Source: Cycas panzhihuaensis
Lineage: Eukaryota > Plantae > Cycadophyta
Direction: 5' to 3'
NCBI GenBank assembly: GCA_023213395.1
Contig: CM041465.1
Span: forward strand, 135,973,741 to 136,037,740
Length of the DNA: 64,000 bases
Numbering within the stretch: position 1 is the first letter of the stretch; the number at the start of each line of letters is the position of its first letter. A program made the position numbers and the translations under genes. This document shows, piece after piece, positions 1 to 14,113 of this stretch. Under the pieces are notes generated by a model. That model was not told the origin of the DNA, made no database searches, and worked only from the letters and a program-made list of their open reading frames with translations.

Positions 1-99
1 CCCCATGCCTTTTTGAGTTTTCACAAGTTTTGATTTTCCAAAATGATACAACTCTTATCCTTTTGTGCCTATAAGGGATTTTCACGTTACAACTACTTA

Positions 100-1850
100 T
101 GTCCAGGTTGTAACTGCTTATGCCTAGGTTATAACTTTTTACTTCTTGCAATCGTTGCTTCTCTATCATTAGATCTAGAAACTTATATTAAATAAGAAGA
201 GGTCCTATTGATTTACTACTCTGTGTTTGTAAATAGGCTAGTTTTTCTTGATCTAAAATCATGTCCGCCAAATTAATGTTTTGTACTTTATTATTCTTTG
301 GATAATTATACCATTTATGATTTATTGGCCTACATTCTTCAAAAATATATTCTCCTCCTATCTTTTCTAGTGGACACTCTGATCTATAATGTCCCCATCT
401 CTAAAATAAGAAATAATAAAGTGGTTTTGTCTTACCCTTATATTATCTTGCAAATATATATTCCATTTTTTGTGAATAGACATTATGTATTTTGCCTTTA
501 TTATTCTTGTGTTTGAAATAACATTTCCATATATTATGATTATTTCTTCGACAACTCTCATACTATTTTATTAATCCTCCATGGTCATTATTTAAATGCC
601 CTTACTGATTATAAGGTGGGGAACACTAGATGTTTTCTCTTAATTTTTCAAGTCACAATTATGATAATTTTTTTCAACGCTTTTCCAGCTCTTGATCATG
701 TTACATATTGTTAAGAACAGAAACTGCAAGTTATTGCTTCAATGCTTCCACTTAATTTTCTAAGGCTTTGATTTCTAGATTAGTATCCATCTATGGTACA
801 AATATGGACTTATTGACATGCCCGTTATTGGATAATATGTTGATAGTTATGTCATTGTTTAGGAATAGGCTGGTTCCATTTGATTTTTAAATTTCAGTGT
901 TAACTCCCTTACTTACTCATAATTATTCATCAAATGTAGTATTACTTTATCTCTAAGTTGGAGTATCAATCCTTGTATAAAGTATTTCATTGCTAACATT
1001 AGATTTATTATTGTTTCCAATTACATTTTATTCATTATGATTCATATCCTTCCATCAAAATTATTAATAGACTCCATAGGATACTATGAAATTTCTTTTA
1101 AAGTATATAAGATAGCTATTAGATCCCTCAATTTTTGAAACTAATTGATGCTAGTTTAGTTATTGTGCTACTACATATTAAAACCATACCACTGCAAGTC
1201 CCCTTAATGTTAAAAAAAATGAGTTTTGATTTGTCCATGATCCACGATCCTTTTGATTTGGATCATGTTTTTAAATAATGCTAGATGGTCACCTAGATCT
1301 GTGTTTCCATCAAATTAGAGGCTTGAGAACATTGAATAACTTTGCACAATAATATATGGTGTTGTGTTTACTTGATTTCCTCCACCCACTATCCCACTTT
1401 TCCCTCATATAGTTTACTACTCATTAGACCTCTGAGACTATTACCTAGACTCTCCATTGGTAATTTGAATAAGGCATTTATTATATAGCTTAGAGTTTGA
1501 ATTTCTAATAGATGGGGATTCCAAGCTTGTTATGCTATACTATATATCTCCAACTTGATGAATTTTTCTTCTTGTATTGATACTTTTTCTTTTTTAAAGT
1601 TTTCTTCTTCAACAAAATATTGCTAACTATTTTTATTAGTACTCGCTAATTGTACTTCTTATACAACTTTGGTTACTACCTTTATTTGCCTACATCTCAG
1701 TTATGCTTGAATCTTTATCTTTTATTTTATCTTTATTTTTCAATTTTGTCCTCTCTGTCGAATGCACATATGGTCACCTCTCTACCTACTTCCTTGGTGT
1801 GATTACAAATTTGGATTTACGTATTCCAGCTTGGAGTCTTTCCCTCTCAC
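100..1850 (-). pseudogene. Decayed Ty3/gypsy gag, array copy 1
   Basis: Aligns by eye with copies 2-4; FDG-NTD capsid-like motif near 1290-1320 and Zn-knuckle remnants at 300-630; many stops. Confidence 0.75.
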
Positions 1851-4394
1851 AAAGATGAAGGAAGTAACTTAGAGAAAAGTCAACAACACTTATGATAAAT
1901 ATTAACCTGATGTAGTAGGCATATAAGAAGCACTATAATTAAAATTAGACACCAACACTTGTGACAAACATTAACCTATTGTAGTAGGAATATGAGAAGT
2001 ACAATGATTATGATTATACTATGGATTACTTTTTAGAAATAAGTAAGTGATCAATATATAAGATTATAGGATAATATGGAAGTTGACATCATTGTATATA
2101 CATAACTTAAAACTCAAATATAGGATATGTAATCAACCTAATAACCTCTAACTTGTATCCAACATATAGTTGAGGTTATTAAAAGGATGCCTAGGCTTCT
2201 AGTAGAATTAAGTTGGCTTTCACCTACAGTACTAGAAATTGTGCTTGGTGATAAAATCCAAGTTACAACAAAGCTTAGGTACTCCCAATCCTCATCCAAT
2301 TCACTAATAAGTAGCTACATTATTACCTTCATTTATCTACATGACTATCTTCATTTGTCTATATTTCAGTTATGTCTAGAGCTTTATCTTTTACATCATC
2401 TTTATCTTTTGACTTTTCCCTCTCTATCGAATATGTATATGGTCACCTCTTTACCTACCTTCTTGGCGTGATCATAAATTTAGGTTTATATATTCTACCT
2501 TAGAGTCCTTCTGTCTCCTAAAGATGAAGGAAGTAACTTAGAAAAAAGTCACCAATACTTATGATAAATATTAACCTGATGTAATAGAAATATGAGAACC
2601 ACTATGATTAAAATTAAACACCAACACTTATGGCAAATATTAACCTATCATAGTAGGAATATAAGAAGCACTATGATTATGGTTACACTATGGATCACTT
2701 TTTAGAAATAAGTAAGTGATCAATATATAAGATTATAGATTAATGTAGAAGCTAATATCATTGTATGTACACAACTTGAAACTCAAATGTCAGATATATA
2801 ATCAACTTAATAACCTCTAACTTGTGTCTAATATATAGCTGAGGTTATTGAAGAGATGCCTAGGCTCCTAATAGAATTAAGTTGGCCTTCACCTGCAATA
2901 CCATCAATTATGCTTGGTGATGAAATCCAAGTCACAACAGAGCCTAGGTATTCCTAATCCTCACCCAACTCACTAATAAGAAACTATGTACCTCTTCTAA
3001 GGAGGGGTACATGCATACCTATAACTATGAAGTATATTAGATTGGGTATATTTTAATATTATATTAAAGTTTTAGTTTTATTAGTTAGTTATCAAGATGA
3101 TTCCTGATTAAAGCATGATGATATGGCTAACCAAACCTCACCAATATTCTAATTCAGTCGAGTCCCAACTTAAAAGCCACATCTCCTTTATGGCACAATA
3201 TTCTATCAACTAAGGTATCTCAATCTTAGAGAGTATGTAAATAGGTACAATATTACAGAAAATATTGTACATGATGTATTTTTTTTAGGGAGAGTGAAAA
3301 GATTATCGAATTTACATCAAATAGACATATAAATAAAAATAGAGTGCTTTTGGAATGCTTGCTTAGAGTGCCTTTGGAGTGCTTACTTGAAGTAAGTTTA
3401 GAGTGATAAAATAAAATGCTAATAAGTGAGTGAGAACACTAGATATTTCTATGATCTAGTTGTTTTTTTAATCACTTTAATAATAGGCTTTTAAGCCTTA
3501 TAAAAAGAAGGAAGAAAATTTCTTCACTTTTTTTTTTCTTTATAAAAAAGTAGTCTTCACTAAAATACCAATAACTTTCTCCTACGGTAACGAAATTGAA
3601 TGATATTTTTTGTGTTATAAACTAGACTATGAATTGTATTTTTAAGAAGTAGAATCAGGTCTAAATGAGTTCTACAAAATTTTTAGCAATCCTACAAAGT
3701 AGACAAAATATATATTTTTAAATTCTTACTAAAAATAATATAGTTCACTAAAATAGCAATAACTTTCTCATACAACAACAAAATTTGGCTTTGATTTTTG
3801 TCATGGATATTAGGCTTAGAGCTTCATCTTTAGTAATTAAAATTGGGTCAATTAGAGCTTTGTAAATATTTTATAAACATATAAAATTTAGCAAGTAAAT
3901 TTTATTTCTGTAGAAAATTTATCTTATAAATATCTCATCAACATATGATACCATATGAAATTTTCATTATTTTTTTTATCACCAAGATCCCAATATAGGC
4001 AAAGTAAGAGTATACAATGATGAATATTTTAAATAGCTTTAAATTTTTAAAAAGAGTAGGAAGAATCTCCCCTTACAAACATTCTTCTAAATGCTAAAAA
4101 AATTTTGGTAGCATTTCCCCTTATTAAATGGACAAAAAGAGGGAAAAGAAAATAAGAATGAGATAACATAAATGGCTACCAAAGGATGATAATCCTTGGG
4201 CCTTATAACTCCTTATATTGTACTTCCAAATCCACAAAAGAGAAAGGGAAAGTAAATAATACTAAATATACTATAATAAACACTTAAAACTATTTCTAAA
4301 TCCACTTTCACAATCTCCTTCACCATATAGATTATGGGGCAAAAGGAAGTGATGGCTCTATTGGAAGTGTAAGTGAGGAATATGAAGAAAGTAA

Positions 4395-4719
4395 GCTCTG
4401 ATACCACATAAAAGGAGTGGATCTATCTTTCATCTCTATGCACTAAACACAAAGATAAATATGAGAGTAAGAGAGATTTGAGAGAAAAAGAGTAACTCTC
4501 ACAAAAAGGGGAGGTAAGAATGAGCCTCCTCCATTGAGCTTTTACTTTTATATTGAGAGAGGAAACATTAGAGTTAGGTGAAATGAAATTACTCATAACA
4601 CATATGAAAGTGCATTTCAGTTAAGTGATCTAATTTAAAGTTCACTTAAGACCATTTTTAAGAATAATCAACTAATGTAATGGCATTATGATATTAACCC
4701 ATTTTAATCTCCCCCTTAA
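4395..4719 (-). mobile_element. PPT-LTR-PBS cassette in array unit: LTR ~4409-4706, tRNA-iMet PBS 4395-4406, PPT 4709-4719
   Basis: GCTCTGATACCA is the reverse complement of the canonical TGGTATCAGAGC PBS. CTCCCCCTTAA is the reverse complement of a polypurine tract. The second copy shows TGAAA...TTTCA termini. Confidence 0.85.
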
Positions 4720-5049
4720 TGGTACAAGTTCAATTCATCCTATTTTATTTTATCCTATGAGGTCTTCATTGGAGGCTCTTATAAAGTAAACTACTATAAC
4801 ACTTTTGTGGGAAACCCTTATAAGGAAGAAAATCCATTGACTTTTTAATCTACTAACTTGACTCAAGCAGCCCTTTAAATAAAGCCAGATAACCAATCAC
4901 TACAATGAATTTTATAGTTAAAATATTCTAAGTCTCTATATACCATTTGGTCATCCCCTATGCATTTTCGAGTTTTCATAGGTTTTGAGTTTCCAAAATG
5001 ATACAACTCTTATCCTTTCGTTCCCATAAGGGATTTTCACATTACAATA

Positions 5050-6851
5050 ACTTATGTTCAAGTTGTAACTACCTGTGCCTAGGTTGTAACTTTTTACTTC
5101 TTGCAATCATTACTTCTTTATTATTGGATCTGGAAATTTATCTTGAATAGGAGGAGGTCCTATTGATTTACCACTCCGTGTTTGCAAATAGGCTAGCTTT
5201 TTTCGATCCAAAATTATGTCCACTAAATTGATGTTATGTACTTTATTATTCTTTAGATAATTAGACCATTTATGATCTATTAGCCTACATTCTTCACAAA
5301 TATATTCTCCTCTTTTATTTTCTAATGGACACTCTAATCTGTAATATCTCCATCTCTAACATAAGAAATAATGAATTGGTCTTGTCCTACCCTTATATTA
5401 TCTTACAATCTACATTACATTTTTTGTTAATAGATATTATGTATTTTTCCTTCATTATTCTTATTCTTAAAATAACATTTCCATGTATTATGATTATTTC
5501 TTTGGCAACTCTCATACTATTTTGTCATTCCCCAATGCTTATTCTTTAAATACCCTTACTAATTTCAAGGTGTAGGACACTAGATGTTTTCTCTTAACTT
5601 TTCAAGTCATAATCACAATAATTTTGTGCGAAGCTTTTCTAGCTCTTGATTATATTACATATTATTAGGAACAGAAACTATAAGTTATTGCTTCAATACT
5701 TTTACTTCATTTTTCAAGGCTTTGATTTCTAGTTTAGTACCCATATATAGCATTTATATGGACTATATTGACATACCTATTATTGGATAATATGTTGATA
5801 GTTGTCACCATTTAGGAATAGGCTAATTTCATTTTATTTTTAAATTTCAGTGCTAACTCCATAACTTGCTCATAATTATTCATTAGATGCGGTATTACTT
5901 TATCTCTAAGTTGGAGTATCAATACTTATATAAAGTATTTCATTGCCAACATTGGATTGATTATTATTGCTAATTATATTTTATTCATTATAACTTATAT
6001 CCTTCCATCAAAATTATTGATAGACTCCATAAGATACTATCAAATTTCTTTTAAAGCATGCAAGATGGCTATTGGATCCCTCAATTTTTGAAACTAATTC
6101 AAAAATTATTCCTGTAATTAATGTCAGTTCAATTATTATGCTACTACATATTAAAACCATGCCATTGTAGCTCCCCTTAATGTTGAAATAAAATGAGCTT
6201 TGATTTATCCTTGATCTATGATCCTTTTGATTTGAATTATGTTTTTAAATAATACCATATGGTAGCCCAAATCTGTGCTTCCATTAAATTGGAGGCTTGA
6301 GAATATTGAATAACTTTGTACAATAATATATAGTGTTGTATTTACTTAATTTCCTCCACTTGCTATCCCACTTTGCCCTCCTGCAGCTTGTGTATTACTA
6401 TCCATTACACGTCCTACACTATTACCTAGAGTCACCATTGGTAGTTTGAACAAAGGAGTCATTATATGGCTTGGAGTTCAAATTTCTAATAGATGGGGAT
6501 TCCAACCTTATTTTTCTATACTATATATCCTTAACTTGATGGAATTTTCTTATTGTATTCATACTTCTTCTTCTTTTAAGTTTTCTTCTTCAACAAAATC
6601 TTATTGACTATTTTTGTTAGTAGTCACTGATTGTACTTATTTTACTAAATCCTCTTCTTCTACACACCTTTGATCACTACCTTTATTTACCTACATATTA
6701 GTTATGCCTAGATCTTTATCTTTTACTTCATCTTTATTTTTAAATTTTCCCCTCTCTGTTAAATGCACATATGGTTACCTCTTTACCTACTTCCTTGGTG
6801 TGATTACAAATTTGGGTTTATGTATTCTAGCTTGGAGTCTTTTCCTCTCCC
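5050..6851 (-). pseudogene. Decayed Ty3/gypsy gag, array copy 2
   Basis: Homologous to the other copies; YICEEC knuckle remnant near 5290. Confidence 0.75.
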
Positions 6852-8721
6852 AAAGATGAAAGGAGCAACTTAGAGAAACATCACCAATACTTGTGATAAA
6901 TATTAACCTAATGCAATAGGAATATGAGAAGTACTATGATTAAAATTAAACACCAATACATGTGACAAATATTAACTTGTCATAGTAGGAATACGAGAAG
7001 CACTATGATTATAATTACATTGTTGATCACTTTTTACAAATAAATAAATGGTCAATATATAAGATTCTATGATAATGTGGATGCTGACATCATTGGGTGT
7101 ATACAACTTGAAACTCAAATGTAGGATATATAATCAACCTAATAACCTCTAACTTGTGTCTAACATATAGTTGAGGTTATAGAAGGGACGCTTAGGCTTC
7201 TAGTAGAATTAAGTTATCTTTTACCCATAATACTAATAATTATACTCGGTGATGAAATCCAAGTCACAACGGAGCTTGAGTACTCCTAATACTCATCTAG
7301 TTCACCAATAAGAAGCTATGTACCTCTTCCAAGGAGTGGTACGTGCATACCCATAGCTATAAAGGATATTGGATTAAGTAAATTTTAATATTATATTAAA
7401 GTTTTAATTTTTCTTGTTGGTTATCAAGATGATTCCTGATTGAAGCACGATGGTATGGCTAACCAAACCTCACCAATATTCTGGTTCAGTCAAGTCCCAA
7501 CTTAAAATCCGTATCTCCTTTATGGCATGACATTTTGTCAACCAAGAGATATCAATCTCAATGAGTATGTGAATAGGTACAAGATGGCAAAAAATAGTAT
7601 ATATGATACATTCTTTTTAGGGAGAGTGAAAAGATTATCGAATTTGCATCAAACATACATATAACTAAAAATAGAGTGCTTTTAAAGTGCTTGCCTGGAA
7701 TGCTTACTTGAAGTGATTTTGGAGTGAAAAAATAAAATGTTAATAAGTGAGTGAGGACACTAAATATTACTATGATCCAGCTATTTTTTTACTCACTTTA
7801 ACAATGGGATTTTAAGCCTTACAAAAAGAAGAAAGAAAATTTCTTCACTTTTTTTTTTTTTTTTACAAAAAAGGAGTCTTCACTAAAATAGGAATAACTT
7901 TCTTCCATGATAACAAAATTGAGTGCTATTTTTTGTCTTATAAACTAGACTATGAGTTGTATTTTTAAGAAGTACAACTACGTCCAAATGAATTCTATAA
8001 AATTTTTGACAATCCTACAAAGTGGACAAAATATTTTTTTTTTTAATTCTTGCTAAAATAAGCTATTGTTCACTAAAATAACAATAACTTTCTCATACAA
8101 CAACAAAATTTAGTACCAATTTTTGTAAAGGAAACTAAGCTCGAAGCCTCATCTTTAGAAATTAGAATTAGGTCAATTAAAATTTTGTAATTTGTTTTAC
8201 AGACCTATGAAGTTCAATAAGTAAATTTTATTTCTGTAAAAAATTTAGCTTGCAAATATCTCATCAACACATGATACCATATGAAATTTCCATAATTTTT
8301 TTTATCACTAGGATCCCAATATAGGCAAGGTGAGAGCATACAATGATGGATATTTTAAATGTCTCTAAATTCTTAAAAAAAAGTAGGCAGAATCTCCCCT
8401 TACAAACATTCTTCTAAATGCTAAAAAGATTTCGGTAGCATTTACCCTTATTAAGTGGACAAAAAGAGGGAAAAGAAAAGAAGAATGAGATAGCATAAAT
8501 AGCTACCAAAGGATTGGAATCTTTGGGCCTTATAACTCTTTATATTATGCTTCTAAACTTACAAATGAGAAATGGAAAGCAAATAACACTAAATATGCTA
8601 TGATGAAAACTTAAAAATATTTCTAAATCCGCTTTCACAATCTCCATCACCATATAGATTGTGGAGGAGAAGGAAGTGTTGGCTCCATTGGAAGTACAAA
8701 TGAGGAATATAAAGGAAGTAA

Positions 8722-11700
8722 ACTCAGATACCACATGAAAGGAGTGGATCTATCATTCATTTCCATGCACTAAACACAAAGGTAAATATGGGAGCAAAAG
8801 AGATTTGAGAGAAAAAGAGTAGCTCTCACAAAATGGAGATGTAAGAATGAGCCTCCTCCATTGAGATTTTACTTTTATATTGAGAGAGGAAACATTAGAG
8901 TTAGGCGAAATGAAATTATATATAATGCATATGAAAGTGCATTTTACTTAAGTGATCTAATTTAAAGTTTTTTTTTTGGTAAGATAAAATGAATTAGAGT
9001 GGGTTTGAAATCAGGATCCTACAACCTAGTACATCAAAAAGCAAATCAGATGCCAATCCAAAGTTAACCGTTACAACCCCACGGTTTAGGCGAGAGGACT
9101 AGAATGTCGGGACAAGCCTCATGGCTAGCTCCTACATATCATATCCTTATCAACCAGAGCTAGAAGGTCCCTAGGGAAATCACATCTCCACATGTGAATC
9201 CTCTTGTTCCTCACCCCCCAGTTTGCTAAAAAATCTACTACTTTATTGCCTTCTCTTAAGGTGTGTCTTATACAGACATCTGACATTCCTTTAATGATCT
9301 CTTTGGCGTCTTTGATTATGGCCTAAAACCTCCAGTTCAGAAGGGCCTCACCTTTTAATGAGTTTAAGACAACCTCAGAATCTCCCTCAATCACCATCCC
9401 CTTAGAGCCCCCTATGCGGGCTAGGTCGAGGGCTTTAAGCATAGCATGCATTTCCGCGTAGTTATTAGTTTGGTTCTTATAATAATTCACAAAGGCCCAA
9501 ATGGAAGAGCCTTTGCTATCCCTACAGATTCCCCCTCCCCCAGCTTCTCCAAGGTTCCCTTTCACTGCCCCGTCAAAATTAATTTTGGTCCAGAGCTCGA
9601 CCAGAGGGATCCATCTAGTACTTTTGGGCTTAGAAACCTCGAATTCAGGTTCCATGCCCCATTTGAGCAAAATTTTATTTTCTGTCAGGGATATGCATTT
9701 TTCTTTAGCTTTTCCAACATTTTCTCTGATGTCCAAATAGATTATGATATAGACGGCCATCTGATCTTTCCTTTTTCCCTGGAAAATCCTATTGTTCCTT
9801 TCTTTCCAGATATTCCATACCAGAATCAAGAGCGTATTCTTCCAGATGCGGCTGAGAGTATTACTTTTGAATGGGCTTTGCCAAGCAAGCCAAAGGTCAG
9901 CTGTCCTTTGCGAGAAAGTCCAACATACTTCTAGTTTTCTAAGTAACAACCTCTAAACTTCCTTTGTGAAAGGACACTCAAGGATGATGTGATCAATGGA
10001 TTCCTCCTCTTAAAGATAGCACACATCTGTTAGCCAGCATGAAGCCTTGCTTTTGAAGGTTATCTACAATGAGAATTTTATTCATAAGACATGTCCACTA
10101 GAAGATAGCTATTTTTGGAATAAGGGGGAGCTTCCAAACACCTTTCAGCAATGGGTTTTTCTTATCCCCTCTTTTCAGACATAAGTACTGGTAACCCTAT
10201 TGCACTGTGTATTCCCCTGTCGAACTAGAGAGCCACACCATCGAATCTTGCGAAGGAGTTCTAGGGATATAACTCTTCCCTAGTATCCTTTTAATTTTAT
10301 TAAGACCCTCCTGTAGCCTGCCTATCCCATGAACATCCTCAAAATTCCTCCAGGTCCTACTACCTTCTCTCCTAGACTAGTAGTCTTTAACCATATTACC
10401 ATATTGCCTAACACAAGGTCCCATTAAAGGCACCAGGTCTGGGAACTCCTTCAGAGGCTTGTCACAACACCACACGTCATCCCAAAATCTGATGGAATTA
10501 CCATCACCCAGTCTCCATTTTAGGCTATCCCTGATAGCTACCCATGCTTTGAGGATGCTCCTCTAGACGGTAGAGCTAGTAAATGAAACACTACTATCCA
10601 AAAGGGAGCCCCCCTGAACATATTTTCTAGAAAGGATCCTCTCCCAAAGTCTCTCCACCTTTGAGTAATCTCCATCCCAACTTTGCCCCAAGGGCGACAT
10701 TGAAGAGAGGGAGCCTACGCAAATTGAGACCACCAACCCATTTTGGAGAGCAAACTTTGCTCCAACTCACCAAGTGAATCTTGTCTTTGCTTTCTATCCC
10801 AAACTAGAGGAATCTTTTCTAAATTGATTCGATAATATCTGAGATGCCAGGCGGAACCCTAAAGATGGACATCCAAAACACTAGGATGCTTTGCAGGGTA
10901 GATGCAACAAGCTGGAGTTTTCCAGCTAAACTCAGAAGGGTACCTTTCCAACCCGCTAACTTTCTTTGCATTCTATCTATAAAGGGGTTCCACATATCTT
11001 TGGACATCTTACTGATAAAGAGAGGTAAACCTAGATAAATTATGGGAAGCTTTTTAATATCCATACCTAAGATTCTGCTGATCCTGCCTTGGATATATCC
11101 TGGGGTATTTAAGAAGAAGACGTTGCTATTCTTGAGACTTATCTTCTGGTTCATGGCCTTCTCAAAATGCCCTGGGATCTCTTTAAATCTGGAAGCCTCT
11201 CTTACAGTCGCTTTCCCAAGAAAAATATTGCCATCTACAAATTGATGGTGAACCACATTGTCCAACCCTGAAGTTGATTTAATGCCATTTAAGAACCCAA
11301 GCCTCCTGGTGGACTCTAGGGATCTGCCTAGCAACTCAGCCATTGTGATAAATAAAAAAGGAGAGAGGGGTTCTCCTTGCCTTAACCCTCTAAACCCGAG
11401 GAAGAACCTGGAAGAGGAGCCATTGATAATAATAGAGAATTGGGGGTTGCCAATGCATAGCTTAATCTAAGACCGCCAAGGTTCCCCAAAGCCAAATGCC
11501 TCTAGGTAATTTAACAGACATTCCCCGGAGACTCTATCAAAAGCCTTCGTGAGATCTATCTTGATGAGCATCGCAGGCTCCTTCCTTTCAGCAATTGAGT
11601 GAATAGTTTCGTGGACAACAATATATCCATCATAAATTTGCCTACCTTGAAGGAACCCGTCTTAATTGTGGGAGATAATGTTTGGCATAATTTTCTTCAG

Positions 11701-12034
11701 TTTGTTGACTAGGACCTTGGTTAAAATCTTGTATTTTACATTACCAAGACTGATGGGACGAAACTCTTCCATCCTTTTCGCTCCTTCTTTTTTAGGAATG
11801 AGGACTAGGAATGTAGTCTGCCATTCCTGCAACATATTTTTGTTTGCATAGAATTCCTGCAAAGCTTCCATTAAGTCACCTTTAATTATATCCCATTACT
11901 CTTGGAAGAAACCCGGAGGAAATCCGTCGGGGCCAGGAGCTTTATTAATTTAAAGTTCACTTAAGACCATTTTTAGGAATAAGTAACTAATGTAATGACC
12001 TTGTAACATTAACTCATTTCAATCTCCCCCTTAA
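8722..12034 (-). mobile_element. Second PPT-LTR-PBS cassette; LTR 8736-12021 split by a LINE
   Basis: Degenerate PBS ACTCAGATACCA at 8722-8733. The LTR starts TGAAAGGAG at 8736, resumes after 11946, and ends ATTTCA at 12021. PPT at 12024-12034. Confidence 0.85.
8970..11945 (-). mobile_element. 5'-truncated L1-clade LINE (RT, zf-RVT, RNase H), decayed
   Basis: Minus strand begins at KAPGPDGFPPGFF. Motifs: FRPISLGNVKYKILTKVL, GLRQGEPLSPFLF, HHQFVD, LAGWKG, CLxEEESIDH, and RNase H KINFDGAVKGNLGEAGGGG...IEGDSEVV. Poly(T) at 8968-8977; 12-bp TSD TAATTTAAAGTT at 8958-8969 and 11946-11957. Confidence 0.96.
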
Positions 12035-12329
12035 TGGTAGAAGGTCATTTCATCCTATTTTATTTTATCCTATGGGGTCTTCATTTAAGCCTCTTATAAA
12101 GCAAACTACTATAACACTTTTGTAGAAAACTCTTATAGGGAAGAAAACCCATAGACTTTCTAATCTACTAACTTGACTCATGCGGCTCTCTAAGTCTCTA
12201 TATATCATTTGGTCATCCCCTATATGTTTTTTAGTTTTCACAGGTTTTGATTTTCTAAAATGGTACAACTCTTATCCTTTCATGCCCATAAGGGGTTCTC
12301 ACATTACAACTATTTATGTCTATATTGCA

Positions 12330-14113
12330 ACTACGTGTGCCCAGGTTGTAACTTTTTACCTCTTGTAATTGTTGCTTCTCTATTATTGGATCTAGAAATT
12401 TTTCTTGAATAGGAGGAAGTCCTATTCATTTTCCACCCCGTGTTTGCAAATATGCTAGCTTTTCTTAATCCAAAATCATGTCCACCAAATTGATGTTCTG
12501 TACTTTATTATTCCTTGGATAATTAGACCATTCATGATCTATTGGCCCACATTATTCATAAATATATTCTCCTCCTTTCTTTTTTAGTGGACACTTTGAT
12601 CTGTAATGTCCTATTCTCTGACATAGGAAATAAGGAATTGGTCTTGTATTACCCTTATATCATCTTGTAACTCTACAATCTGTTTTTTATGAATAAACAT
12701 TTAATATTTTGCCTTTATTATTCTTGTGTTTGAAATAACATTTCCATGTATTGTGATTATTTCTTCGACAACTCTCGTACTATTTCGTTGATCCTCCATA
12801 CTCATTCTTTAAATGCCCTTGCTGATTGCAAGGTTGAGGACACTAGATGTTTTCTCTTAATTTCTCAAGTCACAATTACGATAATTTTGTGTGAAGCTTT
12901 TCTAGCTCTTGATTATGTTACATATTATTAGGAATAGAAATTGCAAGTTGTTGCTTCAATACTTTCATTTCATTTTCCAAGGCTTTGATTTCTAGATTAA
13001 TACCCATCTACAACATTTGTATGGACTGTATTGATATGCTCATTATTGGACAATATGTTGATAGTTGTTTCACCGTTTAGGAATAGGCTCATTTCATTTT
13101 ATTTTTAAATTTTAGTGCTAACTCCCTGACGTACTCATAATTATTTATTAGATGCAGTATTACTTTATCTCTAAGTTGGAGTATCAATTCTTGTACAAAC
13201 TATTTCATTGCCAACATTGGATTGATTGTTATTGCCAATTACATTCTATTCATTATGACTCATATCCTTCCATCAAAATTATTGATAGACTCCATAGGAT
13301 ACTATCAAATTTCTTTTAAAGCATGTAAGATAGTTATTGGATCCCTCAAATTTTGAAACCGATTCAAAAGTTATTTCTGTAATAATGCTAGTTTAATTAT
13401 TGTGCTACTACATATTAAAACCATGCCACTAAAGGTCCCCTTGATGTTGAAAAAAATGAGCTTTAATTTGTCCTTGATCCATGATCCTTTTGATTTAGAT
13501 AATGTTTTTAAATAATACCAGTGGTTGCCCAAATCTGTGCTTCCATCAAATTGGAGGCTTGAGAACATTGAATCACTTTGCATAATAATATATGGTGTTG
13601 TATTTACTTGATTTTCTCCACCCCCTATCCCACTTTGCCCTCCTACAGTTTATGCATTACTACCTATTACAACTCCTACACTATCACCTAGAGTTACCAT
13701 TGGTAATTTGAATAAGGGATTTATTATATAGCTTGGAGTTTAAATTTCTAATAGATGAGGATTCCAAGATAGTTCTGTTATACTATATATCCCCGACTTG
13801 ATAGAATTTTCTTCTTGTGTTGATACTTCTTCTTTTTTTAAGTTTTCTTCTTTAACAAAATCTTGCTGACTATTTTTATTAGTACTCATTGATTGTACTT
13901 CTTTTACCAAATCCTCTTCTTTTGCACACCTTTGATTCCTACCTTCATTTGCCTACATCTCGGTTATGTCCAAATCTTTATATTTTACTTCATATTTATT
14001 TATCAATTTTCCTGACTCTGTCAAATACACATATGGTTACCTCTTTACCTAATTCCTTGGTGTGATTAGAAATTTAGGTTTATGTATTCTAGCTTGGAGT
14101 CTTTCCCTCTCCC
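12330..14113 (-). pseudogene. Decayed Ty3/gypsy gag with four Zn-knuckle-like motifs, array copy 3
   Basis: ORF 13371-13583 (FSSLQFDGSTDLGNHW) parallels ORF 22331-22714 (FSSILFNGSTNPTDHL). Knuckles at ~12515-12850: CPQPCNQQGHLKNE(Y/H), (Y)ESCRRNNHNTWKC, (Y)FLCQRIGHYRSKC, (Y)E*CGPIDHEWSN(Y). Confidence 0.8.

Noticed and set aside
298-561. Recurrent hydrophobic short ORFs in the array (also 5325, 12746, 16428)
   Set aside because: Antisense or off-frame readings of decayed gag; recurrence reflects the DNA repeat.
9446-11851. Plus-strand ORFs over LINE 1 (and 49167-52998 over LINE 2)
   Set aside because: Antisense shadows of GC-richer L1 ORF2 with no independent motifs.
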